Assembly: GCA_002633005.1 (NCBI GenBank)
Contig: NMRA01000191.1
Coordinates: 302,466 to 366,465 of the forward strand
Source: Phoronis australis
Lineage: Eukaryota; Animalia; Phoronida
DNA length: 64,000 bases
Direction: 5' to 3'
Shown here: positions 37,301-49,845 of the stretch, piece after piece
How positions within the stretch are numbered: position 1 is the first letter of the stretch
How the letters are laid out: each line of letters starts with the position of its first letter
Program-made: the position numbers and the translations under genes
The notes under the pieces: generated by a model
What the model saw: only the letters and a program-made list of their open reading frames with translations
The model's database searches: none
Told to the model about the DNA's origin: nothing

Positions 37301-40300
37301 CATGTTTTCTCCAAAGATTTAAAACAATTTCCACTTTAGTTCTTGCTTAAGGGAACTTCCAGTGAGAATTATAGTTTTAACTCTTGAAACTGAAAAATAA
37401 TTTTGCCTCGTTTTATAAAGGTATTTGCAAGATTGCTTAATGGAACATGAGATGCTGTCAATGAAGAACTTTGAAAACTACCAGCCCACGGATTCTGTGG
37501 AGACATTGCAAACGGCGGGTGAAAAGAAGTCTAGTGTTGCCATGGACCAAAAGCATATGGTAAAAATAAGTGCCTGTTGTTGAGCATTTCAACCAGAACA
37601 AAGTGTATGATGTGTGCCAATTTTTTAATTCAGGCAATTGAATTTATTTGGTTAGCCCTTCAGTGCAGAAGACTGTATCTTTCCATCAACAACTGTTTTC
37701 GTAATTGTATCTGAATGTCAGTAGTTCGTTCTTTGTGAACGTTACTCTTCTTGCCTCAAAATAGCAGTTATAAAAAAATAATTGCAGGCGGTCTGATACA
37801 CGTTATACCAGACGTGTGCAGGCCGCGCATGTTGGTCCATTGCACTGATAACCTGGAACCATTTTTATGCTTTATTAATATATCGTTAAAACCGAGCTGA
37901 GGAGCTACAAACCTGACTCAAGGGTTTAGCAGTGTGACCCAGTGGGACTCGAACCCACGACCTTGAGTAAAGAAAGCGGACACCTATCACACTAGGCCAC
38001 ACTGCCTCCTCAAAAAATACCGCTTATACTGTTATTAAGTATTTTCTTTTAGGTCCTTGATGGTATAACATTAGCCAACTTAGACATCCTTCAGAACCTG
38101 TCTACTGGGACACTGGAAGGTACCCTGTTGGAAAGGCTGGATCAGTGTTCAACACCATTTGGTTTGTACCCAGTGTGGGAGAGTGAGACTTTCTTGAGTT
38201 GTTTCCAAAGTAAATGTGAATTAGGATTGTCCTTGATGACCAGACTTCTGTGAAAGCGGATTTAAAATAACAAAGTAGCCACATCTGAAAATTCCATATT
38301 GCCATCTAAAACTTTCTTAAAAATATGGATTCTAATTTTCTTTTGAAAGAAAAATTCATTGCAAACTGACTCATACTGTTAAAACTGAGAGGAAAGATCC
38401 TGCATAAATGGATAAAAAGTAAAAAATAAACAGATCAAGGTAAGTTTATAGGTTCGATTTTTGATTGGTATCCTTGTATTTACCCATAGTACTCTACATC
38501 AGTGAGCCACTTGTTATATAAACATTTGTACACCGCTGCCATTACAACAAAATTAATTTGATAGTCTGCATTCTTTAGATCATTATGTTTTACTTTTTAC
38601 AGGGTATGTTGTAGCATCTTTTTCTTGTTCATGTTAGCTTAGAACAGTTTAACACACTATCCTGGCAGAAACTAGGTCAATCATTTTTCCGCCTTCGCAA
38701 AGAAAAGAGGTGATTCAGAACGTGGCTTTTGGGACTATTGTAGTTTCTGTATTGTGAATAGTGGTTTAGTTTTCACATCGTGTGTGATGAAGATTTGTGA
38801 ATAATTGTGCAATGTGATCCTCTGCAGATTGATATGACACTAAGGCATTTTCAGTTAGCCATACTGTCAGTTTCTGAACCCATCTATGAATGGTTGGTTT
38901 TGCAGTTGCCTTGGGAAAAAATGAAAGATAATAGTATAATTATTTTGTGGATGTAAATGAATGTGAAATGGTACACATTTGGTGAACGTGCCAACATTGC
39001 AAATTTAAGCGACTAATCCTATGTTGTATGTCCCCTGTTTCTAGGCAGAGCTTTCAGCAATAGTCTGATACTACAACGAGTCTGCATTTTGAGAACCAGT
39101 TGATGCCCGTTATTCAGTGGAGAAAACCAGTTCGCAAAATACGGGCACGTTATATCAGACTATTTCCGAGTTTTCTGTTATTTTGTAGACTTAGATTTAT
39201 TTATGATGGTCACAGCTGTAGTTTTTTTATTTGTGAAAAATCTAAATTATCTGTGTGGTCATATTTACAGGTAAACGTTTACTGAGACAGTGGCTGTGTG
39301 CTCCGCTGTGTAACCCCTCTTCTATCAATGACCGACTGGATGCCATTGATGATCTTTTGTCCGTGCCTGACAAAGTGGCAGAATGCGTCGAGTTATTACG
39401 AAAGCTGCCCGATTTGGAACGTCTTTTGAGCAAGTGAGTAAAGAATTTTTGTTGTAGTGTCTATTCATGTTTGTAAAGGACAGAATTTCTACTGGACTAG
39501 TTTTTTTTAGAAAGATCTTGGCATCCAATATTAGGTGCAACTAATAGAGAACAATTTATTAGGAGTTTTATTGAAATTTGTGCTTGCCATCAAAAAGGAA
39601 AACTTGTGAATGTGTTTTAAACGATGATGTACATTGTCATTCATTCAGGCGAATAACTAGTAAATTCCATATGTTTTGATATGTAAAGTACTTTGGTGGC
39701 TTATATCTCTTGTTGGGAGGAAATCATAAATTTGTGACTAGGTATCTTGCGTATTAACAGACTGGTGTAATCACAACCCATTGTGCTACGTTTTAAGGCA
39801 TGAATTAAGATTTTTTAGTCATTGAAGTTTCAGTAGATGTATTTAAATATTACATTGTTGAAAATGGGGAGTTGAAAATTATTTGTGATGGGTGAAGGAA
39901 CTTCAAGAAGGTTTACAGTTAACTTGAAATGTTGGTACTTGTCCAAATTTAGTCAGAATTGCTCGATTATTTTTAACCTTTGTTTACACATTCTCTGCTG
40001 AATGCCTGAATTATGGATGCTAGCAGCTGTTGCTGTGATCAAGTTGCTTTTTAATTTGTCCATGTGTTCAACAGAAAGTTTGTTGATTGCAGAATCCATA
40101 CGCTTGGTTCAGCAAACCGTTCTAAGGGACATCCAGACAGCAGAGCCATTCTGTATGAGAATGTTACGTACAGGTAGTGAAATCGCGTTATTTTCAAATC
40201 TTTGCATCTGGTGAATTTTATAACAAAGTGGTTGCTTGGTAGTTCCTGAATACTGTCAAAAAGAAGTATGGTCTTATGTTTTGTTGAATGTGTTTTGTAC

Positions 40301-43300
40301 AGTAATTTCTGGAGCCGTGTTAAAACATGAGTACACAGTAGATATTTTAGATTAATGTTTTCTCAGTTCTTAAAGAAATGTGCCTTTTGCGTAACATTAT
40401 TTTTTTCTGAATTTTCATCTGAGAAGTCATAGGATTAACTAATTTAAAATTCTCACTGCAGCAAAAAGAAGATTGAAGATTTCCTTGCCGTCCTTAGTGG
40501 TTTTAAGACTTCGTTGAAGCTTGTCAAGAAATTTGAGGACTGCTCGAAAGACTTCAAGTAAGCACTTCTTGTATACTTTAATTTTCTTAAATGATTGTGC
40601 ATTGTTTTGCCTAAGTGATTGCAACAAAGTAGATGTTTTGACTCATCCAGTGTGCTACTGGTCTTGAAAATAATTGTAAGACTGGTACATTACAGTCTGT
40701 CCTAGGTTGTTTGATCATGTGATCAATCAAAATGCCTGTTCATTGTGTCTTTTATATTAGTGATGTAAATTTGACAAAATTTATGATGCAACTTTGAACT
40801 TGAGCAATGTTTCTCTAAACTGACGTATTTTCTTCTATATTTCTTAAAGCTTTGAAATTTAAGGGGCCCATTTTGTGAACAAAGACTCCCGTAATTTATT
40901 AAAACAGCTACATGGCCATTTTACATCACACAATTAACTTTTGGCTGAGACCACTCTTACTCAAATTGGCGATTTCAAGACATCAAAAGAATTGTGATTG
41001 CTTGAGATCTGGTTCTGCAAGTTGGCTTGTTAAAGTGTGTCATTTTATGCACTGAGCATGATCTCAATGACTAATGAATTGTCAGTTCTCCGCAAACTCT
41101 GCTTGCTCTTTTTAATTGTTTTCTAATTTGTTTCAGGTCCAAACTCCTGAGGCGGGCTTTAACAATTGTACCAGAAAATGGCGATACGTCTTTGGCAAGG
41201 TTTCCCAATTTGAAGGAGGGATTGAGCTACTTTGATGTAATTGCAGTTTTGATTTTTGGTGTCATTACAATCTGTGTAAAAACTTTTGAATGGACTTGGC
41301 AGTCCTAATTGAGGAGTTTTTGCGAGTCTGTGTACTCTGTGCTTAATTTATTATTTGACATATATTTTAGATGTGGTTTGCTCTGATTGATGTGCATATA
41401 AAAGATTTTACAGTGGGTTTTTGCTCACTTGTCACTGACAAAATTTGACCATTTGTTCACTCATGTTTATTGGTTGGGTTGATGATGATACATTACTCCT
41501 TAAGGCGGCAGCACAGTCGCTGTAACTGCTCTACACAGTTTGCTTGTACACAGAGCCAGTTTGATTTCATCAACTGACGCGTCACATGACTCCCTATACA
41601 CCAAAAATATCTTGTATTAAGAATGTCATATGCACGTGACCTGCAAGACATGAGCTCTCAGGCACAAAAACCCCACAGATGGTGTGGCAAAAGTTGAGTA
41701 ACACAAAAGAAATTGAAGAGAGCTAGAGAAACGGGCTATGCAGAACTAATTTAGCCCCTCCACAAGATGCAGATTAGGCTGTGTGCTGATTACGTGCAGC
41801 CAAGAGGAGCTGAGGACAGAACAAGTATGCTAAGGTGATCATTTATGGTCCTAGTTAAAGTAATACTGGTGTCATTCAGTTGAAGAACCGTCTATTTTTT
41901 GATGCAACGCTATTGAAGGGATTGGATGAACACTGCACAACAAGTGAATTTAGTAATTTTTCAGACATATCCAAAGCAAATGCTACAATATTGTTTGTGT
42001 TACAGCATGCCTTTGACCACAATAAAGCTCGTCAGGCCGGGGCCATCATTCCAACAAAGGGTTATGTGGAGGAATATGATGAAGCAATTAGCCGCATAAA
42101 GGAAACGGAGAGAGAACTAGAGAGTTATCTCAACAAACAAAGACAGAAGTTGGGTTGTAAGGTACTCATCTGTTTACTGGTTTATGATGTATGTCACTAA
42201 TATATTGGTGTATGCTGTGCACTCAACGTTCGCGAAGTTCTAGTTCTCTAAACATGGGCGGTGCTCCATAGGGAGCTGAGGGGGGGTCTATGGCGCCCCA
42301 TTTATTTGAGTGCTGCGCCATCCATGTCCATGGGCATGGACATGGACAGCGCATGCAATAGGAGAGTGAGGGCTATACAACCCCCACTTATTTCAGTGCC
42401 GTACTGCCCATGTCAAAGGAGACGATTGGTAGTAAAAGTGGGTCTCTTGCAACATGATACTGGAGAAACAATGGGAAGTTTAAACGTTCAAAAGTACGAC
42501 TGGTTTGTTTTAAATGTGAATGAGATTTGACTTAGTCCAATGTAGTGTCAACCTGACCTTTTTATGGACTGTGATGCATTATGCATGCGCATGAGATTCG
42601 TGAGAGATGATTCATTCCCGCAGTGTCTTTCATGTGTTGTGATGAACGACTTCCCACAATCCATTGCATGTGTGACATCTGTGTACGTACAGAAAACAAA
42701 TTTTTATAATTATGGAATCTAAGTTTTATTTTCCTTTGCAGTCCATGACCTACTGGGGTACCGGGAAGAATCGCTATCAGCTAGAAGTGCCGGAGTCATT
42801 TGTGAAGCATGTACCCAACTCGTACGATCTGACGTCGCAGAAGAAGACCCACCGACGGTATCACACGGATGAAATCAAGGAGATGTTGCAGGAAATGACT
42901 GATGCCGAGGCTCAGAGAGACGCTGCGCTGAAGGACACCATGAGGAGGATATTTCACAGTTTTGACGAGCGGTAATGGTTTAATATAGCATCGTAATACT
43001 GTGATGTCTTGAGTGCTGTTTGGAAAGAGTGTTTAATGTTGGCAACACTCAAAGCAATAACTACCACTCAACTAATTTATACATGGTTGTGCCTGCACGG
43101 CGCGTCTTGCCCGCACATGGTTCTGCCCTGCCACTGGTACATTGTGGGCGACTACCATAGCTCTCCCAAGCTTGTAAACACTTACTGCATTGGTGCAATT
43201 TTTTTAAAAAAGATGGTCAGTTAATCTCACGTAGAGCTGACATCATTTAAGTGTTTCTAGGATTGAGTCTTGTTTTCAAACTCTTCAGTTGGCACTCTGC

Positions 43301-46300
43301 CTTATATCAGGTAGTGATTTTCTGTACAGCCGTACAAGAAGCCAGGTATTAGATTAGTTCAAGCAGCTACTTTAGGAGCCAGTGGCACACTGAATAGTCT
43401 GCGTTCTTTAAAGGACATTCCGTCCATGAATGTTCCTTGTTTTCTAAAACTATGCATACTTTTCAATACTATATATGGGGTTTTGCTCCTCAGGCATAAA
43501 CAGTTGACCCCTTTTCATGAGCAGGGTCACTTACAAAGATGGCTGGTCCCTGAAAGGTTAATGTTAAACCAAATGAAGTATGATGAATATCATTTCACCC
43601 ACTGGTATTGGCCAACAGCTGCTTCATAGCTCTTCAAACTGAGCCACTTTCTTTAGATCATCACTTCCAGGAGTTGTCCCTTTGAAGTGAAATTTGAAAT
43701 TTGAAACTTTCAAATAACGCATGAAACAGCCTCTTGTTATGTGTAAGCAAATTTTTCAAATTCCTAACTGTCTCACAATTTCCAGGTATTCCATTTGGAG
43801 TGAGGCTGTGCAGTGTCTGTCTGTTTTTGATGTACTTCTCAGTCTGTCTCAGTACAGTCGCTGTGGAGATGGTGTCATGTGTCGCCCCGAAATACTATCA
43901 CCTAGCAACAGTCAACAGGTGAGGTGAAAATGTAACATTTTATATATATCGAATAAAATAGTCGTGTATATGCTGTATAGAAACTTTTAATTAGATTGTT
44001 TTGATTCATCTTTGTTTTAAATTCTAGCTCTTAGTTTATCAGCTGTTTTAAGGACTAAAGATCGATTTTACAATAATGGGATACTTTTTACGGTAGTTGC
44101 ATTAGTGTGTAATTTAGTAGAGTCCTATTCTATATGATTCTGTATTTCAGTCATGTTTTAATCCTGTTACTGTTAACTGGTATTCAAGCAAATGTGCTCA
44201 TCGGTGTATATCTTTTTGTGTTATTTTGTTCAACTCCTGATCTTTGTCTCATTACAGCCGTTCATTGAAATTAGAGAGGCTCGTCATCCATGCATCTCGC
44301 GAACATTTGGCGGAGGGGACTTCATTCCTAATGACACTGTTATAGGAATCGCTGATGTAAGAAGATGTCCCTTGCCTGAACATAATGTCTTGAGTTCTTC
44401 TAGTTTTAACAATCAATGTATTTGTTTCTTAACTACAAAAGCCAAATATCAAGTGCTTCTGATCAGATCTTTGTACGATAGGAAAGCATGTTTGAACCTC
44501 ATGATGTACGCTGCTGTCAAGTTTCTTTTAGGGTAATAACACAGTCTTGTGTTAAACATTTCGTAGTTATGTTTGTGTCTTTCCTTCAGGTTCAATGTCA
44601 TTTTGTTATACAACATCTAATGGTTTAAGATTTTTGCGACTTATTCAGGAAAATGAAGCGGACTCTGATGATGCTGGCAAGCATGCCCAGGTCGTCTTGG
44701 TGACGGGGCCAAACATGGGAGGTAAATCTACGCTGATGCGCCAAGTGGGGCTTGTAGTCATCACAGCACAGCTGGTAAGTGGAATTGGCTGCTTACAGAT
44801 TGTTCTGCATTTGTTTATGTCGGTACAGGACACAAAAGCCATTGGTGTGCAACAAATAACATTCAGTTTTAAGACGTCTTAACATTGCTATGAACCGACC
44901 TTTTGCCAAAAAGGCAATTTACTAGACTGAGTTATTTCTTATTCATATTTTAAAAAGGGATTTCTGGGCTATGAAACAACTATTACAGTTAAAGCCATTA
45001 CCAGCGCATTGAATGCCCCGCTGTTCATATAAACCAATCTCTAGCAATAGCAACCTGTCAGTTTCACAAAAATATTTCTAATCTGAATAAAGAACAAGGT
45101 GAGACCCATTTTGCAATGATAATACTCTAAGTCTAAAGTTATTTTTTTACATTAGATGGATTTAGAGTAACTTTAAATGTATATTCATCCCACATCAACA
45201 TTTTTCGTCTTTATTGTGGAAAGCCGAAGCTAGAGTGATTTCCAAAGGCATGTAAACAAACTTCTATTGATTCTTGCAGGGCTTGAAAACAGTTGTACGT
45301 GGCATGCTTTTATTTGTAGGGATGTTACGTTCCTGCAGAGAAATGCCGCCTCACACCAGTTGATCGCGTTTTTACAAGACTTGGAGCCAGTGATCGTATC
45401 ATGGCAGGCGAGAGTACATTCTTTGTGGAACTCAGTGAGACGTCGGCCATCTTGCAGCATGCCACCTGTCATTCACTAGTTCTATTGGATGAACTGGGTT
45501 TGTGAAAAATATCTGTTAGTTGTGTGTCAGGATGTCTTCAGACATATAAGCATGCTGTTTAAACCGTAATATGCGATTACTTCCTTTTTTCACCTGTTCG
45601 GCATCTACTATATCTTTACCTGTACATAACGGTTAATCATGTTTTGAGTTGAGGTAGTTTTTTGGCCTTGTTATTCAAAAGTTAATGATACGCATAATGT
45701 TACTGACAATTTCTTTGAATTTGGGAATGATTTATGCTTTGGTACTGTTTTGTAAAAATTCATACCAATCTAGCAAAGCCTGTCATGTCCATTTTTATCC
45801 GTTTTATGCAAATGATTTGCAAAGTTGGTCGTTGAGTGTAAACACAGGCTATAAATGAATTCAGTGCTTGAGATTGTAAATTGCTGCATAGCAGACATTT
45901 TGAATTCTACTCTGGCGCAATGGTATTTGTAGTTGGGTAGCCATTCCTGTTTTACTTTTTGCACGTTTACTTCACTTGTTTTTGTGAGTTGTCTGTCATT
46001 CTCTGATTAGCCCAAAGAAAACAACATAATGAGTTTTGGTCTGTGCCCGACACATTTTGAAACTTGTCCCTCTCTGTTTTGAGAAAAAAGTGCCTGCCTG
46101 CATCACTTTTTGCAACATTTTTTTCAAAAGCTACGCAAATGTTTTCAAAAGCTATGCAAACGTATCTAAGGTAGGTTTTTAACAAAGTCATTTCCCAACG
46201 CCCTTCTTTTTTGATCTCATCTGCACTTCAGTGTGTTGTACCTTAGTCTCTTGTCTGGGTATATTTCATCTCTATGCGTCTAATGTTGTCTGGTCTATTG

Positions 46301-48199
46301 CAGGTCGCGGCACAGCCACATACGATGGTACTGCAATTGCGTGTGCTGTCGTACAGGAGTTGTCAACTAACGTACGATGTCGGACACTGTTCTCAACCCA
46401 CTACCATTCACTTGTGGAAGAGTTCGCTCATGATCCAAACATTGCCCTGGGACACATGGTATGCTGTTGTATCTGGTTTTACACAAATAAAAGCATCTTT
46501 TAATTTGCACTAGAAACTGGCATCCACCTTCTATCATTGTATATACATATATACGTAGTGTTTTATCTGGATCAAGGTGATTTTAATAGTATCATTTATG
46601 CTGCTGTGTAAAGGTTTGTCATTATTAATTTTAATAATATGGATTATTTATAAATGAAATTTTCATCAATGTGTCTACTTTTAATCTTTTTGTAGCCTTT
46701 ATCTTTGTCAGTCTACTTTTTGGTTAAGTTTCTGTGTGACATTGTAAAGCACTTTCACATTGTGTGTGCCATGTTCAGTGTTGAGTGTTTTCTCTCTGTT
46801 TCGTTTCTTGATTCAGCTTGATTTTATCTGTTGATGCAGGCGTGTATGGTGGAAAATGAAAATGAGGAAGACCCGAGTCGGGAGACGATTACGTTTCTGT
46901 ACAAATTCATCCAAGGAGCGTGTCCGAAAAGCTATGGATTCAATGCAGCCAGATTGGCCAACATTCCAGAAGAGGTGGGCAAATGGCATTTCATAGTTTC
47001 ATCAAAGATGTGCTTGTTCACTTTCTCTCGCAATCTTAATGGCTTAAACATGATGAGCGCTTGCATTCTTGATATTTACCTTTTAGTTAATTAAAAGGAT
47101 ACTAAACCCCACCTTTGTGATTTCAGCCTATCCTCATCCTGTCCTCTGCTAATGCTTGCATTGATGTCTCACTTGATAAATGCAGCATTCAACTAAAAAC
47201 AGATTCTCACTATCTCACAAAATGGATATTATGATTCTTAGCTTGCAGTCTTTGGCCACAGTTGTGTTTCTTCTGAAGCATTGGTCACGCTTACCCACGA
47301 AGCAAACTTTGTGAGGAATTTTCAAAATTCGCTCTTAAACTTTTGGGTACGAAGTATTATTTTGTTTTAGAGAAGTGGACGGTGTAGTATCTTTTTAAAT
47401 TCACTGTTGCTTATAATCAGTTTAGGAGCTACTCAATACTACCAGGTCCTCAGCAAGAATAAAGTGAAGTGGTGTATTCCTGTGTATCAGATCATGACAG
47501 AATTGAGTGTTAGTTGTGTACTTTGGATGTGGTAGTTGATCAATACTTTTGCAATGTAATGTGCTACTAGTTGGAAGGTAAAAACGTTCTGAAACAAAAC
47601 AAAATTAACAGGTTTGAATACACGAGATGTTGCGATGCTGTATCTTTTAAAATATAACAGTGTTTAATACGTCGTAAACTACAGTGATTAAACATTAATT
47701 TCTTGTAAAGTCAGAAAATGCTGATTTTATCAATGGTGCCAGTTGAGAATTTCTTACTCATTATATTCTATACAGTTGTGCAGCAGATGGTGGAAAGACT
47801 TCTCATCAGACTTAGTTTTTAATCTTGTTTCTTGCTTTGATAAGCATTCCTAATTGAAATGTTTGTCTCCTTTTTAGGTAATCAAAGTGGCCAAACAGAA
47901 AGCACATCAGTTTGAACGTGATGTCGAGAGCCTAAAACTATTTAGGTAAAGTACATGTTTTATACTATTTGTAATTAAAATGAGAATGGTTAAAATTTAA
48001 AATTCAATCAAATTTCTGTAACCTTTGTCTTTGTTCTTTTATTTTTCAGTGATTGATTGAAATAGATATAAATTTTCATAATTTCATTCCATTTTAGAGA
48101 CATAAGATTTCAAATGTTGTTTTTTTCAGGAAATGCTTTGAAGACAGCATAACGGCTTCCCAAGTTAGAGAAATACAACAGATATGTGTTGGACAATAA
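25386..48199 (+). CDS. MSH6: DNA mismatch repair protein MSH6, 30 exons, about 1411 aa
   Basis: GT-AG exons with consistent phases: 25386-25578, 27289-27463, 28482-28708, 29389-29501, 30642-30722, 31367-31585, 32123-32308, 33004-33092, 33739-33826, 34383-34517, 34929-35064, 35663-35865, 36076-36147, 36301-36581, 37421-37559, 38053-38161, 39271-39433, 40093-40173, 40462-40557, 41137-41236, 42006-42161, 42742-42971, 43786-43918, 44258-44356, 44649-44774, 45320-45497, 46304-46458, 46840-46974, 47878-47945, 48130-48199 (total 4236 nt). Motifs: N-terminal PIP-like [14 protein letters not shown] domain ([15 protein letters not shown]), mismatch-binding FFKMGKFYE, Walker [19 protein letters not shown], Walker [23 protein letters not shown]. 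Confidence 0.97.
25753..26344. mobile_element. About 590-bp non-autonomous TIR element in MSH6 intron 1 (Academ-like ends)
   Basis: CAGGCAATTACATC ... GATGTAATTGCCTA, flanked by AGCC / AGCT (4 bp, one mismatch). Superfamily assignment is tentative. Confidence 0.6.
26464..26545 (-). mobile_element. Possible 3' tail of an L2/CR1-group LINE
   Basis: Minus strand GAGGGCGCTCTTGGAAGGCAGTGCTATCACTGAAGAGGTCACCCTC stem-loop followed by a (TAAA)-type tail; no recognisable reverse transcriptase ORF. Confidence 0.45.
27863..28170. repeat. Long imperfect inverted repeat (about 135-bp arms), Penelope-like fold-back remnant
   Basis: 27863-28000 pairs with 28034-28170 (e.g. CAATAAATTGAATGTTTT / AAAACATTCAATTTATTG, AAGTTCCCACTTTGGGTCA / TGGCCCAAGGCGGGAACTT). 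Confidence 0.75.
28684..28958 (+). repeat. Degenerate minisatellite (about 80-90 bp unit, 3-4 copies) overlapping the MSH6 exon 3 donor
   Basis: Recurrent (G/A)ATATCAACTTTGATGGTT...TGCATT...AAAGAACAACNATTGCARTATTTGT...TTTAAYTGAT...ATAACATAAC. Confidence 0.75.
29868..30246. mobile_element. TTAA-flanked MITE, second copy
   Basis: Collinear with 36749-37151 (GTTGTATTCACTGACAACTTG, GGCTCACATAGCCCGCATC, CCAAGCAATCACAGAGATAAGG); TTAA at both ends. Confidence 0.75.
34261..34358 (-). mobile_element. Decayed 5' (tRNA-like) part of the same SINE-like family
   Basis: GTGGGATTAGAACCCAT...CAAGGCCACACTGCCATCTCC matches the family head. Confidence 0.55.
36749..37151. mobile_element. About 400-bp TTAA-flanked MITE (Kolobok-type), full copy
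   Basis: TTAA|AGATGTATTTGCATGCT ... TACAAATTCCACT|TTAA; internal sequence is shared with 29868-30246 and 12465-12787. Confidence 0.75.
37772..38010 (-). mobile_element. tRNA-headed SINE-like element, full copy
   Basis: A-box-like TGGCCTAGTG, B box GGTTCGAGTCC, 3' hairpin and T-rich end. Confidence 0.8.
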
Positions 48200-48830
48200 T
48201 GGTGACTTTGGTCAATTCTGAGGGTCGAACACATTGTGAATCGGTTTAGGCAGAAATTAATAGTACCATGTATTGTAGAAGTATAGTAGAAGTGTAGAAG
48301 AAGTAGTTAAGCTAAAACTTCTGTGCAATGTTTGAGCAATAGCTTAGTGCTGCTAGTCAGTGAAAGTATGTCTTGTAACTGCTCCAGTATTACGTGTTAT
48401 TTTGTTGTATTAAGCATGATGTTGATAAATTACACCAGCCAAACATTTTGTTAGTGCATACTCATTTTGGGCTTTTAAAGCTTGGCCAATGACAAATGTT
48501 ATCAGAAGAATATATACTTTATATTTAGTACAAAGTTGAGTTTGTTTGTTTCTTGATTTTCTGCATCAGTTTTCATAATGGCGTATGCAAGTATTGTATT
48601 GTAGCGAAATAGCAGAATTCAGTAAAAGATGTTCTGAAGGGAAGTAACCATAAGTTCTAGTTTCACAGTCTGTAACTAAGCAGCACTTGTTCCTTCATTG
48701 GTGACATCATTTCATATGTTTCCAAGAACATGTAGTCTGATGGCACAACTTTGAAAGGTCATGTTTTTAGGTGTTACAGCGTTCTTAGAAGCATGAGTAA
48801 GACTAAAGGTTGGTGTAAGTGGAACAATGG

Positions 48831-49845
48831 CAGGGCTCGACATAACGAGCTGCAGGTCGCATTTGCGACCTGAAATTTGGAAATGCGAGCTGAGATTTTT
48901 GTCAGCTCGTATCAAGTCGCAAAATGCGACCTGGAATTTCCAACGAATGCGAGCTGAGTTTTTACATTTCTCAACAGATACCTGGCAAATACAAAGCAGC
49001 TCTTGTTAATCCGACCGTTATTTGGTCGCTGCCAAATCCAAGTTCAAAACAACACTAACGGGGACAGCCCTCCCGATGACTTGTAAGCAAGTCGCGTGAA
49101 CATGGGATATGCAGTATCGATCTTCGACGCGTATCATTGGCTAACTCTTTCGGCCACTTTTGTAAATTCCCGGATTCGCCGAAGAAAGTTTCGGGCCACT
49201 GCTTAACAGGTGATAAAACTTCACAAAACAACGGTGTTTCTACTAATTCTTAAGCGATTAACTTACCAAACTTTGTGGTGGACAAAAATGTTTATGTTTC
49301 ACATAAGATATCCTTATTACATGTACCAAATATCCACGACAATATCCCTGATACCGCACTGCGGCACCGTTAGCGCGCAAGCGGCCCCGGCACACAATCG
49401 TGACTTAGACTGAGATGTGCTTCTGCTTTTTATCGTATTAGACAGCCAAAGTGAAAATGACAACCTTATTAATCGCCAAACGACGGTCACGTCTTTACTT
49501 CCACTGGCCAAGAAATTGTCTAACCCCTTACTTGTTTCTGGGGCTACCTGCGCGAAATATGATTTGTCTTTCACCCGTTCGTTGCCAACGTAAAGTGTAG
49601 GCATACTCCAGCGATTCAAGTGCGTGAACTCACGCGCGCGCACCACTTCAAAGAACAGCGACTGCCCTAAATGAAGAGTATACCGGCTTGGCTCTGGTTT
49701 ATTTGAAAATAAACTCAGATTCCCAGCGGTTATAAAAGACCCGATGTACCGGGACCGATATAACCCCGAGAACTGACGTTTTCCTGCTCCGATGTTTCCC
49801 GAGGTCGATGTTCTGTAAATCCTGTATTCTATGCCCGTAGCCAGT
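48831..49845. mobile_element. Left end of an allele-specific hAT-like insertion, truncated at a contig join
   Basis: Starts CAGGGCTCGACAT exactly where copy 1 of the duplicated block stops matching copy 2 (empty site near 53206). Contains subterminal palindromes GGTCGCATTTGCGACC and GTCGCAAAATGCGAC and is more GC-rich than the flanks. Confidence 0.7.
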
